Shown in pieces: positions 10,776-20,136 of a stretch of 64,000 nucleotides of DNA. Below the pieces are notes generated by a model, which did not search any database, had not been told where the DNA came from, and saw only the letters and a program-made list of their open reading frames with translations. The DNA comes from an uncultured Alphaproteobacteria bacterium (lineage in GTDB: Bacteria > Pseudomonadota > Alphaproteobacteria > Rhizobiales > Rhizobiaceae), in the NCBI GenBank assembly GCA_963712205.1, contig CAVQHF010000018.1:22173-86172 (forward strand). The letters run 5' to 3'. Numbering within the stretch: the first letter of the stretch is position 1; each line of letters opens with the position of its first letter. The position numbers and the translations under genes are program-made.

Positions 10776-11773
10776 GCGACCTTGTCGAGGAGCGTCTGCA
10801 GCGCCGGATGGATTTGCGGCGATTCCTTCTTCAGGAAGGCCAGCAGTTCTTTTTCGTTGTCGTGCAACGCACCGTCCCGGCCGATGCGGTCGGCCAGCCA
10901 CGCAGCTTCGCCGGCATCGATCTTTTCGCTTGAAGCGCGCTGGCGCGCCTTTTCGGCGTTGCGGTCGCCGTAATAGGCTTCCGAACCGGTTTCCGCCCGC
11001 ACGGCGTCCATGTGGGCGCTCAGGCTGCCGGCGAACATCCGCGAAAAGAACCCGCCGAGATTGACCGACGTGTCGCCAAGCCATTCCTCGCGCCGCAGCG
11101 CCTCCTCGCGGCTCGGCGCCGCGTAGCCCGACGCGGCCATCAGAGAACAGGCAATCGCCTTGGTGAAGAGTTCGGTCCACGAAAGGTGGTTTTCGGCTTC
11201 GCTGGTGCGATCGTTGATCTCGAACAGCACCTCGGCTTCCTCGCGGGTAATCGCGACACTGCCATGACCGCCGGACGCATAAAGGATGCGCCGCAGCAGT
11301 TCGACCTCGACTTCGCCGATGACGCCTGGCGTCAGCGTCCGATTGCGCGCGATGATGCCCTTGCCCTCGACGACGGCGAGCGCGACCTGGTTCAGCGCGA
11401 ACGCGGCGAGATGCGCCGGCACGCTGTTGGCGCGCTCCATCGCTTTTATCAGCAGTTCCAGTTCGGTGCGATGATCGACGACGCCGTCCTTGGAGACCGC
11501 CTCGATCAGCCATTCGGCGTTCGCCTCGGAAATGTAACCGCGCGGCGCTTCCTGCTCGACCAGATAATCCGCGATTGCCTCGACGAAGAATTCGCGCCAG
11601 CTTTCCGGCTTGTCCGTCACGAGGTGATCGAGCGCGAACACGTCGCGCGCTTCCTCACGGTTGACGATGCCGTCGCGATAGACCTCGCGGCGCAAGTGAA
11701 GAACGTCCGCGTCGGTGATCGACTTTTTCGCGATCAGCTGTGCGATCGGCAGTACATGCTCGTAATTATCCAT
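10772..11773 (-). CDS. Conserved hypothetical protein made of two related TerB-like/EF-hand-like helical halves
   Basis: Internal repeat: REEARDVFAL..W.EFFVEAIA..ISEANAEWL..DGVVD..ELELL versus REEAEVLFEI..WTELFTKAIA..IDAGEAAWL..DGALH..EKELL. Confidence 0.75.
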   Translation of the reverse strand: MDNYEHVLPIAQLIAKKSITDADVLHLRREVYRDGIVNREEARDVFALDHLVTDKPESWREFFVEAIADYLVEQEAPRGYISEANAEWLIEAVSKDGVVDHRTELELLIKAMERANSVPAHLAAFALNQVALAVVEGKGIIARNRTLTPGVIGEVEVELLRRILYASGGHGSVAITREEAEVLFEINDRTSEAENHLSWTELFTKAIACSLMAASGYAAPSREEALRREEWLGDTSVNLGGFFSRMFAGSLSAHMDAVRAETGSEAYYGDRNAEKARQRASSEKIDAGEAAWLADRIGRDGALHDNEKELLAFLKKESPQIHPALQTLLDKVA

Positions 11774-11851
11774 AGCCTGTCCCCTGTATCTTGAATCAGA
11801 CCCCAATTTCGAAAAGGGTACACGCTTCGCTTTGACATTTGGCTAAATGCC

Positions 11852-11884
11852 ATGGTTAAGCAGGACTTGGCGCAACTGGTTAAG
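11852..11884 (-). promoter_or_regulatory. Candidate CtrA half-sites in the divergent promoter
   Basis: ATGGTTAA (reverse complement TTAACCAT) at 11852-11859 and a second TGGTTAAG at 11877-11884. Confidence 0.4.
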
Positions 11885-11898
11885 AAAGACCTCGTCAT

Positions 11899-12747
11899 AT
11901 GCTGTCCGGCGCGGATTTCAACCGGCTTTCCGAAGCCTACAACCAGGCCCTCGAACTGGAGAAATCCGGCGCAAGCGAACAAGCGGCCGAACTCTACCGC
12001 GCCTGCCTCGAAATCGATCCTGAAGATCGCTGCGGCGCCTCGGTGCGGCTCGCATCGATGGGCCTTGGCGACGAGCCGCAAAAGGCGCCCGACGCCTATG
12101 TGGCAACATTGTTCGACCAACATGCCGAGGTCTTCGACGACATCCTGACCGGCGATCTCGGATACGCTGTGCCGATGCAATTGGCCGAAATCCTGTCGGC
12201 CATACCCGACCCGCATTTTTCCCGCATGCTCGATCTCGGCTGCGGCACCGGGCTGTCCGGCATGATGCTCGCTGAATTGTGCGATCACGCGACCGGCGTC
12301 GACATCTCCGAAAAGATGGTCGACATGGCCGACGAGCGCGCCTGCTACGATGGGCTCTTCGTCAATGAAGCGGTGCATTTCCTCGACGAATGGCAGAAAG
12401 CCCGGCAGGCGGAAGAAGGCGACGATTACGCCCCCTTCGACCTCGTCGTCGCCACCGACGTGCTGCCCTATGTCGGCGCGCTCGAACCGCTGTTTGCCGG
12501 CGTCGCCGCCAACACCGGCCCCGGCGCCTGTTTCGCGTTTTCTTCCGAGACGATGACAGACGGGGAATTGGCCGGAAAGCCTTGGCGGGTAACGCCGAAC
12601 CAGCGCTTCGCGCATAGCGCGCGCTATCTGAAGAAATTGCTGGCGCAACACGGTTTCAACCGGATCACCACATTCGAGCCGATCACGGTACGCATGGAAC
12701 AGGGCCAACCGATCCCGGGTTGGCTCGTCGTCGCCTGGAAAGACTAG
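11899..12747 (+). CDS. TPR-containing SAM-dependent methyltransferase
   Basis: N-terminal TPR-like helix pair, YVATLFDQHAEVFD, MLDLGCGTG, GVDISEKMV, RFAHS. Confidence 0.85.
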   Translation: MLSGADFNRLSEAYNQALELEKSGASEQAAELYRACLEIDPEDRCGASVRLASMGLGDEPQKAPDAYVATLFDQHAEVFDDILTGDLGYAVPMQLAEILSAIPDPHFSRMLDLGCGTGLSGMMLAELCDHATGVDISEKMVDMADERACYDGLFVNEAVHFLDEWQKARQAEEGDDYAPFDLVVATDVLPYVGALEPLFAGVAANTGPGACFAFSSETMTDGELAGKPWRVTPNQRFAHSARYLKKLLAQHGFNRITTFEPITVRMEQGQPIPGWLVVAWKD

Positions 12748-13442
12748 ACGTCCTTGACGCCGCAAATCATCTCGCGCTTGCCCGCATGGCCGGGACGCTT
12801 TTCAACCATGAAACCGGCGGCCTGAAGATTGCGTCGCACCCAGCCCGCCGCCGTGTAACTGGCGAATGTCCCGCCGGGCGGCGTCCTGTCGAAAATCGCC
12901 TGCATCAGGTCTGCCGACCACATCTCCGGATTTTTCGCCGGCGCGAAGCCGTCGAGATACCACGCATCCGCCTTGCCGTTCCAGTTCCTCACGCCGTTGA
13001 GCGCATCGCCGGCGACGACTGTCAGTCCGGTCTGCCCGTCCATGGCCCACCGGGCCGGTTCGTCCGCAAGTGCCGGCCATTTTTCGAGCAGAAGTTCCGC
13101 CGGTTCTGCCAGTTCGGGCCAACGGGACAAGGCGCGCCGGATCGCGGCATCCTCCATTGGATAAGCCTCGAAGGATACGAAATCGAGCACATGGTCCGGT
13201 CCGCGGCATTCACGCCACGTCCGCCATGTCTCGAGGAAGTTAAGCCCGGTGCCGAAGCCGAGTTCGCCGATCGTGAAATTTCCGGCATCATTCCAGCGCT
13301 CCGGCAGCCTGTTTCCGCCCATGAACACGTGGTGGCATTCCGCCCGTCCGTCGGCGCGCGAATAAAAATGGTCGCCAAACCGCTCCGAAAACGGCATATC
13401 GCCCTCGAGCCAGGATAATTGGTCCCGTTTCAGTTCAGCCAT
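12744..13442 (-). CDS. mnmD: tRNA mnm5s2U34 methyltransferase (N-terminal half of E. coli MnmC)
   Basis: FGDHFYS, IGELGFGTGLNF, DAWYLDGFAPAKNPEMW, GHAGKREM. Confidence 0.92.
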   Translation of the reverse strand: MAELKRDQLSWLEGDMPFSERFGDHFYSRADGRAECHHVFMGGNRLPERWNDAGNFTIGELGFGTGLNFLETWRTWRECRGPDHVLDFVSFEAYPMEDAAIRRALSRWPELAEPAELLLEKWPALADEPARWAMDGQTGLTVVAGDALNGVRNWNGKADAWYLDGFAPAKNPEMWSADLMQAIFDRTPPGGTFASYTAAGWVRRNLQAAGFMVEKRPGHAGKREMICGVKDV

Positions 13443-13446
13443 CACA

Positions 13447-14601
13447 ATGCAGCCCATCAGCGCCAAAGCGGCAGAAAATTCCCACGACCTCGCCGTGATC
13501 GGCGGCGGGATCACCGGCCTTTGGACTGCATTCTTCGCGGCACGGCAAGGCCTGTCGGTCGTCCTGGTTGAAAAACGCGGCCTCGGCGCCGGCGCAAGCG
13601 GCGGCGTCATGGGCGCGCTCATGCCGCATCAGCCGACCGGCTGGGACGGCAAGAAACAGTTCCAGCTCGACGGCTTGCTGGCGTTGGAAGAAGAAATCGC
13701 GGAACTGGAGGATTTCACCGGTCTTTCGGCCGGCTACCGGCGCTGCGGCCGCCTGATGCCGATCCGCGTCGCCCACAAGCGCCCCTTTGCGGAAAACTGG
13801 GCAAAGGCTTCCGAAACGAACTGGCCGCATCCCTTCCGTTGGCGCGTTCTCGACCAGACGCCGGTTCCGGACTGGCTGCCATCGGACGCTATGCCGTTCG
13901 GCGCGAATTACGACGATCTGTCCGCCCGCGCCGATCCGCGCAAACTCCTTGCCGCGCTCACCGAAGGTCTCCGGCGCCATTCCGTCGACATCCGCGAAAA
14001 CACCGCTGTCGAAACACTGGATCCGGACGGAACCGTGCGTCTGGCCGGTGGCGACCGGATCTCCGCTGGCCACGTCGTGCTTGCCGCTGGCTGGGAAAGC
14101 TTCCCGCTGATCGCCCCGGGAATCGAGCGATCGATTGGCACGGGCGTGAAGGGGCAGGCCGCCCTGCTCCGCCCGGCTCGCCCCGTCGATCCCGCCGCGC
14201 CGATCCTCTACGATGAGGGCGTCTACGTGATCGCGCATGACAGCGGCGATGTCGCCGTCGGCTCGACCTCGGAGAATTCCTTCGATGATCCCGGATCGAC
14301 CGACGAAAAGCTGGACACCGTGATTGCCGCTGCCACGGCCCTCTCCCCGGCGCTCGAAGGCGCCGTGACGATCGAACGCTGGGCTGGCATCCGTCCCAAG
14401 GCGGCAGGCCGCGATCCTCTCGTCGGCCCGCTTCCGGGTTTCCGGAACACGTTCCTTGCGACCGGCGGCTTCAAGATCGGCTTCGGCATCGCGCATCTGA
14501 TGGCCAGGGCGGTGCTGGCGCAGATCACCGGCGGCAATCCGGCTTTCCTGCCCGAGAGCTTTCGTCCGGAAACGCGCCTCCGGAGCACGGAAATTACCTA
14601 A
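13447..14601 (+). CDS. FAD-dependent oxidoreductase, DAO family (similar to the MnmC C-terminal domain)
   Basis: AVIGGGITG, GASGGVMGAL, VKGQ, WAGIRP, GGFKIGFG. Confidence 0.85.
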   Translation: MQPISAKAAENSHDLAVIGGGITGLWTAFFAARQGLSVVLVEKRGLGAGASGGVMGALMPHQPTGWDGKKQFQLDGLLALEEEIAELEDFTGLSAGYRRCGRLMPIRVAHKRPFAENWAKASETNWPHPFRWRVLDQTPVPDWLPSDAMPFGANYDDLSARADPRKLLAALTEGLRRHSVDIRENTAVETLDPDGTVRLAGGDRISAGHVVLAAGWESFPLIAPGIERSIGTGVKGQAALLRPARPVDPAAPILYDEGVYVIAHDSGDVAVGSTSENSFDDPGSTDEKLDTVIAAATALSPALEGAVTIERWAGIRPKAAGRDPLVGPLPGFRNTFLATGGFKIGFGIAHLMARAVLAQITGGNPAFLPESFRPETRLRSTEIT

Positions 14602-14611
14602 TTCTGCGCAT

Positions 14612-14650
14612 GAAAAAACCGCCGGAAGCATATGCTATCCGGCGGTTTTA
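14612..14650. terminator. Bidirectional intrinsic terminator between the oxidoreductase and tig
   Basis: AAAAAACCGCCGGA-loop-TCCGGCGGTTTT. Confidence 0.8.
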
Positions 14651-14670
14651 TCTCTTTCAGCGGGAAGCGT

Positions 14671-16104
14671 TTACTCGCTTGCTTCCTCGGCCTTTTTCTT
14701 CTTCGGAGCGGCCTTCTTTTTCGGCGCCGCCTTCTTCTTCTCGGCCGGCGCCGCAGCCTTCGCCTCATCCTCGTCCTCGGCCATCAGCTCTTCCTTGCTG
14801 ACGGTCTTGTCGCTGACCGAGACCTGCTCCAGCAGGTGATCGACGGTCTTTTCCTCGAAGATCGGCGCGCGCAGATTGGCGACAGCGTCGGGGTTGTTCT
14901 TGAAGAACTCGAAGACTTGCTGTTCCTGGCCCGGATACTGGCGGACCTGGTTCATCACCGCCTGCTGCAACTCCTGCTCGCTGACGGCGATACCGGCCTG
15001 TTCGCCGATTTCCGACAGGACCAGCCCGAGACGCACGCGGCGCTCGGCAAGACGCATATATTCCTCGCGCGCTTCGTCCTCGGTCGTGTCCTCGTCCTCG
15101 AAGGTCTTGCCCGCCTGCTCGAGTTCGCCGGTGATCTGGGCCCAGATGTTGTTGAACTCGGCATCGACCAGCTTCGACGGCGTCTCGATCTTGTATGCTT
15201 CGTCAAGCGCGTCGAGAATCTGGCGCTTCACCTTCTGGCGGGTGACCGAGCCGTACTGGCTTTCGATCTGCTCGCGGACGACTTCGCGCAGGCGGTCGGC
15301 GCTTTCCACGCCGAGTTTCGTCGCCAGTTCGTCGTCGATGACGATCTCGCCGGCGCTCGCCACTTCCTTGACGGTCACGTCGAAGGTGGCTTCCTTGCCG
15401 GCCAGATGCGCCGCGCCGTAATCCTCGGGGAACGTCACCTTGATCTGCTTTTCGTCGCCGGCCTTTACGCCGACCAGTTGCTCTTCGAAGCCCGGGATGA
15501 ACTGGCCCGAGCCGAGCACGAGATTGGCGTCGGTATCGGTGCCGCCCTCGAAGGCCTCGCCGTCGACCTTGCCGGTATAATCCATCGTCACGCGGTCGCC
15601 GTTCTCGGCCTTGCCCTTCTTGGGCTCATAGGTCGCCGCCGACTGGGCGATGCGCTTGACCTGCTCCTCGACTTCCGCTTCCGGGATGTCGACGACTTCA
15701 CGCGTCACCTTGATCGACGAGAAATCCTTGATCTCGATCGGCGGAATGACTTCGTATTTCAGCGAGAATTCGAAATCCGCGTCGCCGGAAAGAACCTTTT
15801 CGGCTTCCTTCTCGTCCTCGGTCATGTCGATTTCAGGCTGCGTCGCCGATTTCTCGCCACGGTCGGCCAGCACGGAGCGCGGCGTCTCGTTCAGGATCTC
15901 GTTGACGATCTCGGCCATGAAGGAACGGCCATACATCTTGCGCAGATGCGCCACCGGCACCTTGCCCGGACGAAACCCCTTGATCTGCACCTTGCCCTTG
16001 GCGTCTTCCAGGCGGTCGCCCAGCTTGGACTGAAGATCAGCCTTCGGAACGACGACCTTGATTTCCCGTTTCAGCCCTTCGTTGAGGGTTTCGCTTACCT
16101 GCAT
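14671..16104 (-). CDS. tig: Trigger factor
   Basis: [22 protein letters not shown] signature, FKBP domain FIPGFEEQL. Confidence 0.98.
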   Translation of the reverse strand: MQVSETLNEGLKREIKVVVPKADLQSKLGDRLEDAKGKVQIKGFRPGKVPVAHLRKMYGRSFMAEIVNEILNETPRSVLADRGEKSATQPEIDMTEDEKEAEKVLSGDADFEFSLKYEVIPPIEIKDFSSIKVTREVVDIPEAEVEEQVKRIAQSAATYEPKKGKAENGDRVTMDYTGKVDGEAFEGGTDTDANLVLGSGQFIPGFEEQLVGVKAGDEKQIKVTFPEDYGAAHLAGKEATFDVTVKEVASAGEIVIDDELATKLGVESADRLREVVREQIESQYGSVTRQKVKRQILDALDEAYKIETPSKLVDAEFNNIWAQITGELEQAGKTFEDEDTTEDEAREEYMRLAERRVRLGLVLSEIGEQAGIAVSEQELQQAVMNQVRQYPGQEQQVFEFFKNNPDAVANLRAPIFEEKTVDHLLEQVSVSDKTVSKEELMAEDEDEAKAAAPAEKKKAAPKKKAAPKKKKAEEASE

Positions 16105-16187
16105 TGTTCAACCTTCATTCTTCTACTTGCCGCCGACGCCCACATCGCGTGGGCCAAACGGCCTGATTGCCGTGCATGGCGGGATGG

Positions 16188-16272
16188 TGGTGCGGATAGA
16201 GGGAGTCGAACCCCCACGCCTTGCGGCGCTGGAACCTAAATCCAGTGCGTCTACCAGTTCCGCCATATCCGC
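16188..16272 (-). tRNA. tRNA-Leu(TAG)
   Basis: GCGGATATGGCGGAACTGGTAGACGCACTGGATTTAGGTTCCAG...GTTCGACTC...ATCCGCACCA. Confidence 0.97.
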
Positions 16273-16570
16273 ATTGTCCGAGGACATGACAGAGCATGCC
16301 GCTTGATCGGGCGTCTATACCACCGCTTGCGCGCCAATCAATGAAAAAATACCCGAATCCGGCCCTGACGGAAGGACCGGACAGCGCCCGCCGGAGCCGT
16401 GCGCGCCTCCTGTCTGACGGCCAGCCGCGGGGCCGACAGGACGGTCTTCAATCGCGGTTCCGCAGCCTCTTCGATTTCGCCTGATTTATAGACACCGCTC
16501 AGGAAAACGAATTTATATCATGCGGTTGCTGTTGCCCGTTTTTTCAGCAGGGAGCCCGGCCGCGTCTATT

Positions 16571-16585
16571 TTGTGCAATGCACAA
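16571..16585. promoter_or_regulatory. Perfect palindromic operator upstream of DUF1127 copy 1
   Basis: TTGTGCA-A-TGCACAA; recurs at 17027. Confidence 0.7.
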
Positions 16586-16693
16586 TGCGCATGGGAGCCA
16601 TGCACATTCATCACTTATCAAATCGCCAGGCCGCGAATATATGCCCGTCGTAACGCAAGAACAAAAACATACGGGATTGAAAAGGAAATCATC

Positions 16694-16840
16694 ATGGGCA
16701 TCGCTCGCTCTTTCGCCGAATGGCGTCGTTATCGTGCAACCTGCAACGAACTCAGCCGCCTGACCTCGCGTGAACTGAATGACCTCGGCATCAACCGGGG
16801 CGACATTCCGTTCGTCGCTCGCAAGGCATCGCGCTCTTAA
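16694..16840 (+). CDS. DUF1127 (YjiS-like) small arginine-rich protein, copy 1 (48 aa)
   Basis: MGIARSFAEWRRYRATCNELSRLTSRELNDLGINRGDI; AAAGGA RBS. Confidence 0.92.
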   Translation: MGIARSFAEWRRYRATCNELSRLTSRELNDLGINRGDIPFVARKASRS

Positions 16841-16844
16841 GCGC

Positions 16845-16978
16845 TTCCGGTTTCCGCCCGGATCATTCTCCCTCCCTGATCCGGACGGTAAAAGGGGCGC
16901 CGCCTATTCCTCCTCCCAAGGCAGGCGCTCCGGAAACAAGACACCCGCTGCTTTCTCCCGCAGCGGGTGTTTTCGTTT
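16845..16978 (+). ncRNA. Cuckoo-family (alpha-r14/CcsR-like) sRNA, copy 1
   Basis: Three hairpins with C/U-rich loops (CTCCCTCCC 16868, CCTCCTCCC 16909, TTTCTCCC 16952); the last stem ACACCCGCTGC/GCAGCGGGTGT is followed by a T-run. Confidence 0.85.
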
Positions 16979-17026
16979 CAGGGCGGACGCTGCCCGAATC
17001 GGGCCAATGGATCACACTCGCGTATT

Positions 17027-17041
17027 TTGTGCATTGCACAA
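17027..17041. promoter_or_regulatory. Perfect palindromic operator upstream of DUF1127 copy 2
   Basis: TTGTGCA-T-TGCACAA. Confidence 0.7.
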
Positions 17042-17155
17042 TTCGCATAGCTGCATTGCAACATCGACACTTATCATATCGCTGCGACTGATTATCTTCG
17101 GGTCAGAAACAACAACAACAACGTGCCTACCCAGATACACGAAGTGGATATGACC

Positions 17156-17302
17156 ATGAACATCGCACGTTCCATCACTGAATGGCGCCGCTACCGCGAG
17201 ACGGTCACCGAACTGAACCGCCTGTCGACCCGCGACCTGAACGATCTCGGGATTGGCCGCGCGGACATCCGGTCGATCGCCCGTCAGGCCGCCCGCGTCT
17301 AA
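17156..17302 (+). CDS. DUF1127 small protein, copy 2 (48 aa; below the ORF-track size cut-off; alternative start 17150)
   Basis: Translated by hand: [48 protein letters not shown]. Confidence 0.92.
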   Translation: MNIARSITEWRRYRETVTELNRLSTRDLNDLGIGRADIRSIARQAARV

Positions 17303-17314
17303 CGAATACGAATT

Positions 17315-17440
17315 CCGTCCGGGTCTATCCTCCTCCCAGACACGGACGGTAGAAGGGACGTCGCCTTATCCTCCTCCCAAGGTTGGCGTTCCGGAAACGA
17401 GACACCCGCTGCACCTCCTCCCGCAGCGGGTGTTTTCATT
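17315..17440 (+). ncRNA. Cuckoo-family sRNA, copy 2
   Basis: Three hairpins each exposing CCTCCTCCC (17329, 17370, 17414), ending in GCAGCGGGTGTTTT. Confidence 0.9.
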
Positions 17441-17477
17441 TCTTGAAGCGTCGACACCGACGCGTTATCTCCCCTCC

Positions 17478-18898
17478 ATGACATTGCGTCCCATTCACAT
17501 CATCGGCGGCGGCCTTGCCGGTTCCGAAGCCGCCTGGCAGGTCGCGAATCGCGGTGTGCCGGTGATCCTGCACGAGATGCGCGGCGTGCGCGGCACCGAT
17601 GCGCACAAGACCGACGGCCTTGCCGAACTCGTCTGCTCCAATTCCTTCCGCTCCGATGACTCCGACCTCAACGCCGTCGGCCTGATCCATGCCGAAATGC
17701 GCATGGCCGGCTCGCTGATCATGCGCGCCGCCGACGCCCACCAGGTCCCGGCGGGCGGCGCGCTCGCCGTCGACCGGGATGGCTTCTCCGACGCCGTGAC
17801 CGAGGCCGTCGAAGCTCATCCGCTGATCACGATCGTCCGCGAGGAAGTCGACGGTCTGCCGCCGCAGGACTGGGATCTGGCGATCATCGCCACCGGCCCG
17901 CTCACCGCCCCGGCGCTTGCCGACGCCATCGCCCGCGAGACCGGCTCGGACGCGCTTGCCTTCTTCGACGCCATCGCCCCGATCGTCCATTTCGACACGA
18001 TCGACATGGACGTCGCCTGGTTCCAGTCGCGCTACGACAAGCCCGGCCCCGGCGGTACCGGCAAGGACTACATCAACTGCCCGATGAACAGGGAGCAGTA
18101 CGAGGCCTTCGTCGATGCGCTGATCGCCGGCGACAAGACCGAGTTCAAGCAGTGGGAAGGCACGCCCTATTTCGACGGCTGCCTGCCGATCGAGATCATG
18201 GCCGAGCGCGGCCGCGAGACGCTGCGCCACGGGCCGATGAAACCGGTCGGTCTGACCGACGCCCACAAGCCTGACGAAAAGCCCTATGCAGTCGTCCAGC
18301 TGCGCCAGGACAACGCGCTCGGCACGCTCTACAACATGGTCGGCTTCCAGACGAAGCTGCGCTACGGCGCGCAAGGCGAGATCTTCCGCATGATCCCGGG
18401 GCTTGAGAACATGCCGAATTCGCGCGTCTCGGCGGCCTGCACCGCAACACCTATCTGAATTCGCCGGTCCTGCTCGGCGAAGACCTGCAGCTGAAAAGCA
18501 GGCCGGGCCTTCGCTTCGCAGGCCAGATCACCGGCTGCGAGGGCTATGTCGAGTCGGCCGCCATCGGGCTGCTGGCCGGGCGTTTCGCCGCCGCGGACCG
18601 TCTCGGCGAACCGGTTTCCCTGCCGCCCAGGACGACCGCCTTCGGCGCACTGCTCAACCATATCACCGGCGGACACATCGTCTCCGAGGACGAGGCGAAG
18701 CGCTCCTTCCAGCCGATGAACGTCAATTTCGGCCTGTTCCCGCCGCTCGAGGACGGCGCCATGAAAAAGCCGGAAGGCCATGAGGGCCGCTGGCGCGGCA
18801 AGGACAAGGCGGCAGCCAAGAAACGCGCAACGACCGCCCGCGCCAAACGCGACGCGGCGGCATGGCTTGGCAAGGCGGCGGCTGTCGCGGCGGAATAA
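17478..18898 (+). CDS. trmFO: Methylenetetrahydrofolate--tRNA-(uracil-54)-methyltransferase (frameshift near 18410, likely sequencing error)
   Basis: [34 protein letters not shown], then in the next frame [30 protein letters not shown]. Confidence 0.95.
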
Positions 18899-18970
18899 TC
18901 CACCGTTTTCTTCGCGCATACCCGCATCCTGCCGTTTTATCTCCCGCGCCCCCGACCCATATACTGTGGC

Positions 18971-19450
18971 ATGGGAGACAATACGGGACATGTTATCCGC
19001 CGGCGTCAGCGCCAGCACTTTCGCATCGCCAAGGCGCTCAGCACGGCACCGAAGGTTCAGTACGGCGCCCTGCCATGGAAATGCGTCAATGGCACGCTCG
19101 AGGTCATGCTCCTGACCAGCCGCGACACCGGGCGCTGGGTGATCCCGAAGGGCTGGCCGCATGAGGACATGTCGCCGGCGCGTTCCGCCGCGCAGGAAGC
19201 CTGGGAGGAAGCGGGGATCACCGGCGCGATCACCAAGAAACCGGTCGGCCGCTATCATTATCTCAAGGTTCTCGACGACGAGGACGCTGTCGAATGCGTC
19301 GTCCATGTCCATGCCATGGAAGTTGGCGAACAGCTGTCCGACTGGCCCGAAAAGGCGCAACGCAAGACCCGCTGGTTCCTGCGTCCCGAAGCCGCCGATC
19401 TGGTCGATGAATCGGAGCTGCGCCGGATCATCCAGACCTTCGCACCCTGA
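18971..19450 (+). CDS. NUDIX hydrolase, paralogue 1
   Basis: QYGALPW, LLTSRDTGRWVIPKGW, AAQEAWEEAG, WPEKAQR. Confidence 0.9.
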   Translation: MGDNTGHVIRRRQRQHFRIAKALSTAPKVQYGALPWKCVNGTLEVMLLTSRDTGRWVIPKGWPHEDMSPARSAAQEAWEEAGITGAITKKPVGRYHYLKVLDDEDAVECVVHVHAMEVGEQLSDWPEKAQRKTRWFLRPEAADLVDESELRRIIQTFAP

Positions 19451-19517
19451 GGCGAAGCGAAGGCGCGACGCGCCCGGCTCACGATAATACATCGTTATTT
19501 GCCGCGAATCGCCCCAT

Positions 19518-20024
19518 ATGAAGCAAATGCCGTCCGAAAAGAAGAAACCGTCGATCCTCAAACGCGCCACGGAAGTGCTCAACATTTCCGCGCTGATGAC
19601 GATTCCGCCGCGCGTCCAGTATGGCGCCCTGCCCTGGCGCATGACCGATGGCACACTCGAAGTCATGCTGCTGACGAGCCGCGGCACCGGTCGTTGGGTC
19701 ATTCCGAAGGGCTGGCCGCACGACTCCTTTTCGTCGGCCTATTCGGCGGCTCAGGAGGCCTGGGAGGAAGCCGGCATCAAGGGGCCGATCACCAGCGAGC
19801 CGGTCGGATCCTATCATTACGGAAAAGTCCGCGACGAAGGCGGCGCGGTCAACTGCGTAGTCTACGTGCATGCGCTGGAAGTTTCCGAACAGTTCGAGGA
19901 CTGGCCGGAAAAAGGCCAGCGCGAGCTGAAATGGTTCGCGCGCGATGCCGCCGCCGATGCTGTCGACGAGCCCGAGCTGCGCGACCTGATCCTCTCCTTC
20001 GTGCCGCTGCTGCCGTATTCATGA
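19518..20024 (+). CDS. NUDIX hydrolase, paralogue 2
   Basis: QYGALPW, LLTSRGTGRWVIPKGW, AAQEAWEEAG, WPEKGQR. Confidence 0.9.
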   Translation: MKQMPSEKKKPSILKRATEVLNISALMTIPPRVQYGALPWRMTDGTLEVMLLTSRGTGRWVIPKGWPHDSFSSAYSAAQEAWEEAGIKGPITSEPVGSYHYGKVRDEGGAVNCVVYVHALEVSEQFEDWPEKGQRELKWFARDAAADAVDEPELRDLILSFVPLLPYS

Positions 20025-20136
20025 CGTGGCGGCAATTTTCTGGGTATGAACGGCAATCCGGGGCGGGCTTTACCGCCGTGTCGATTGTGGAGACTGTCAT
20101 CGCACTGTTACATCGGCCGCCAAAGGGGCCGTTTGC

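Noticed and set aside
10346-10933. 195-aa XRE regulator overlapping the convergent gene by 160 bp, or an XRE toxin-antitoxin pair
   Set aside because: The extension is antisense read-through best explained by an indel, and no toxin-like partner is adjacent.
16845-17440. Repeated hairpins as REP/MITE elements or CRISPR repeats
   Set aside because: The CCUCCUCCC loops and the position behind DUF1127 genes match cuckoo sRNAs; there are no terminal inverted repeats, target duplications or spacers.
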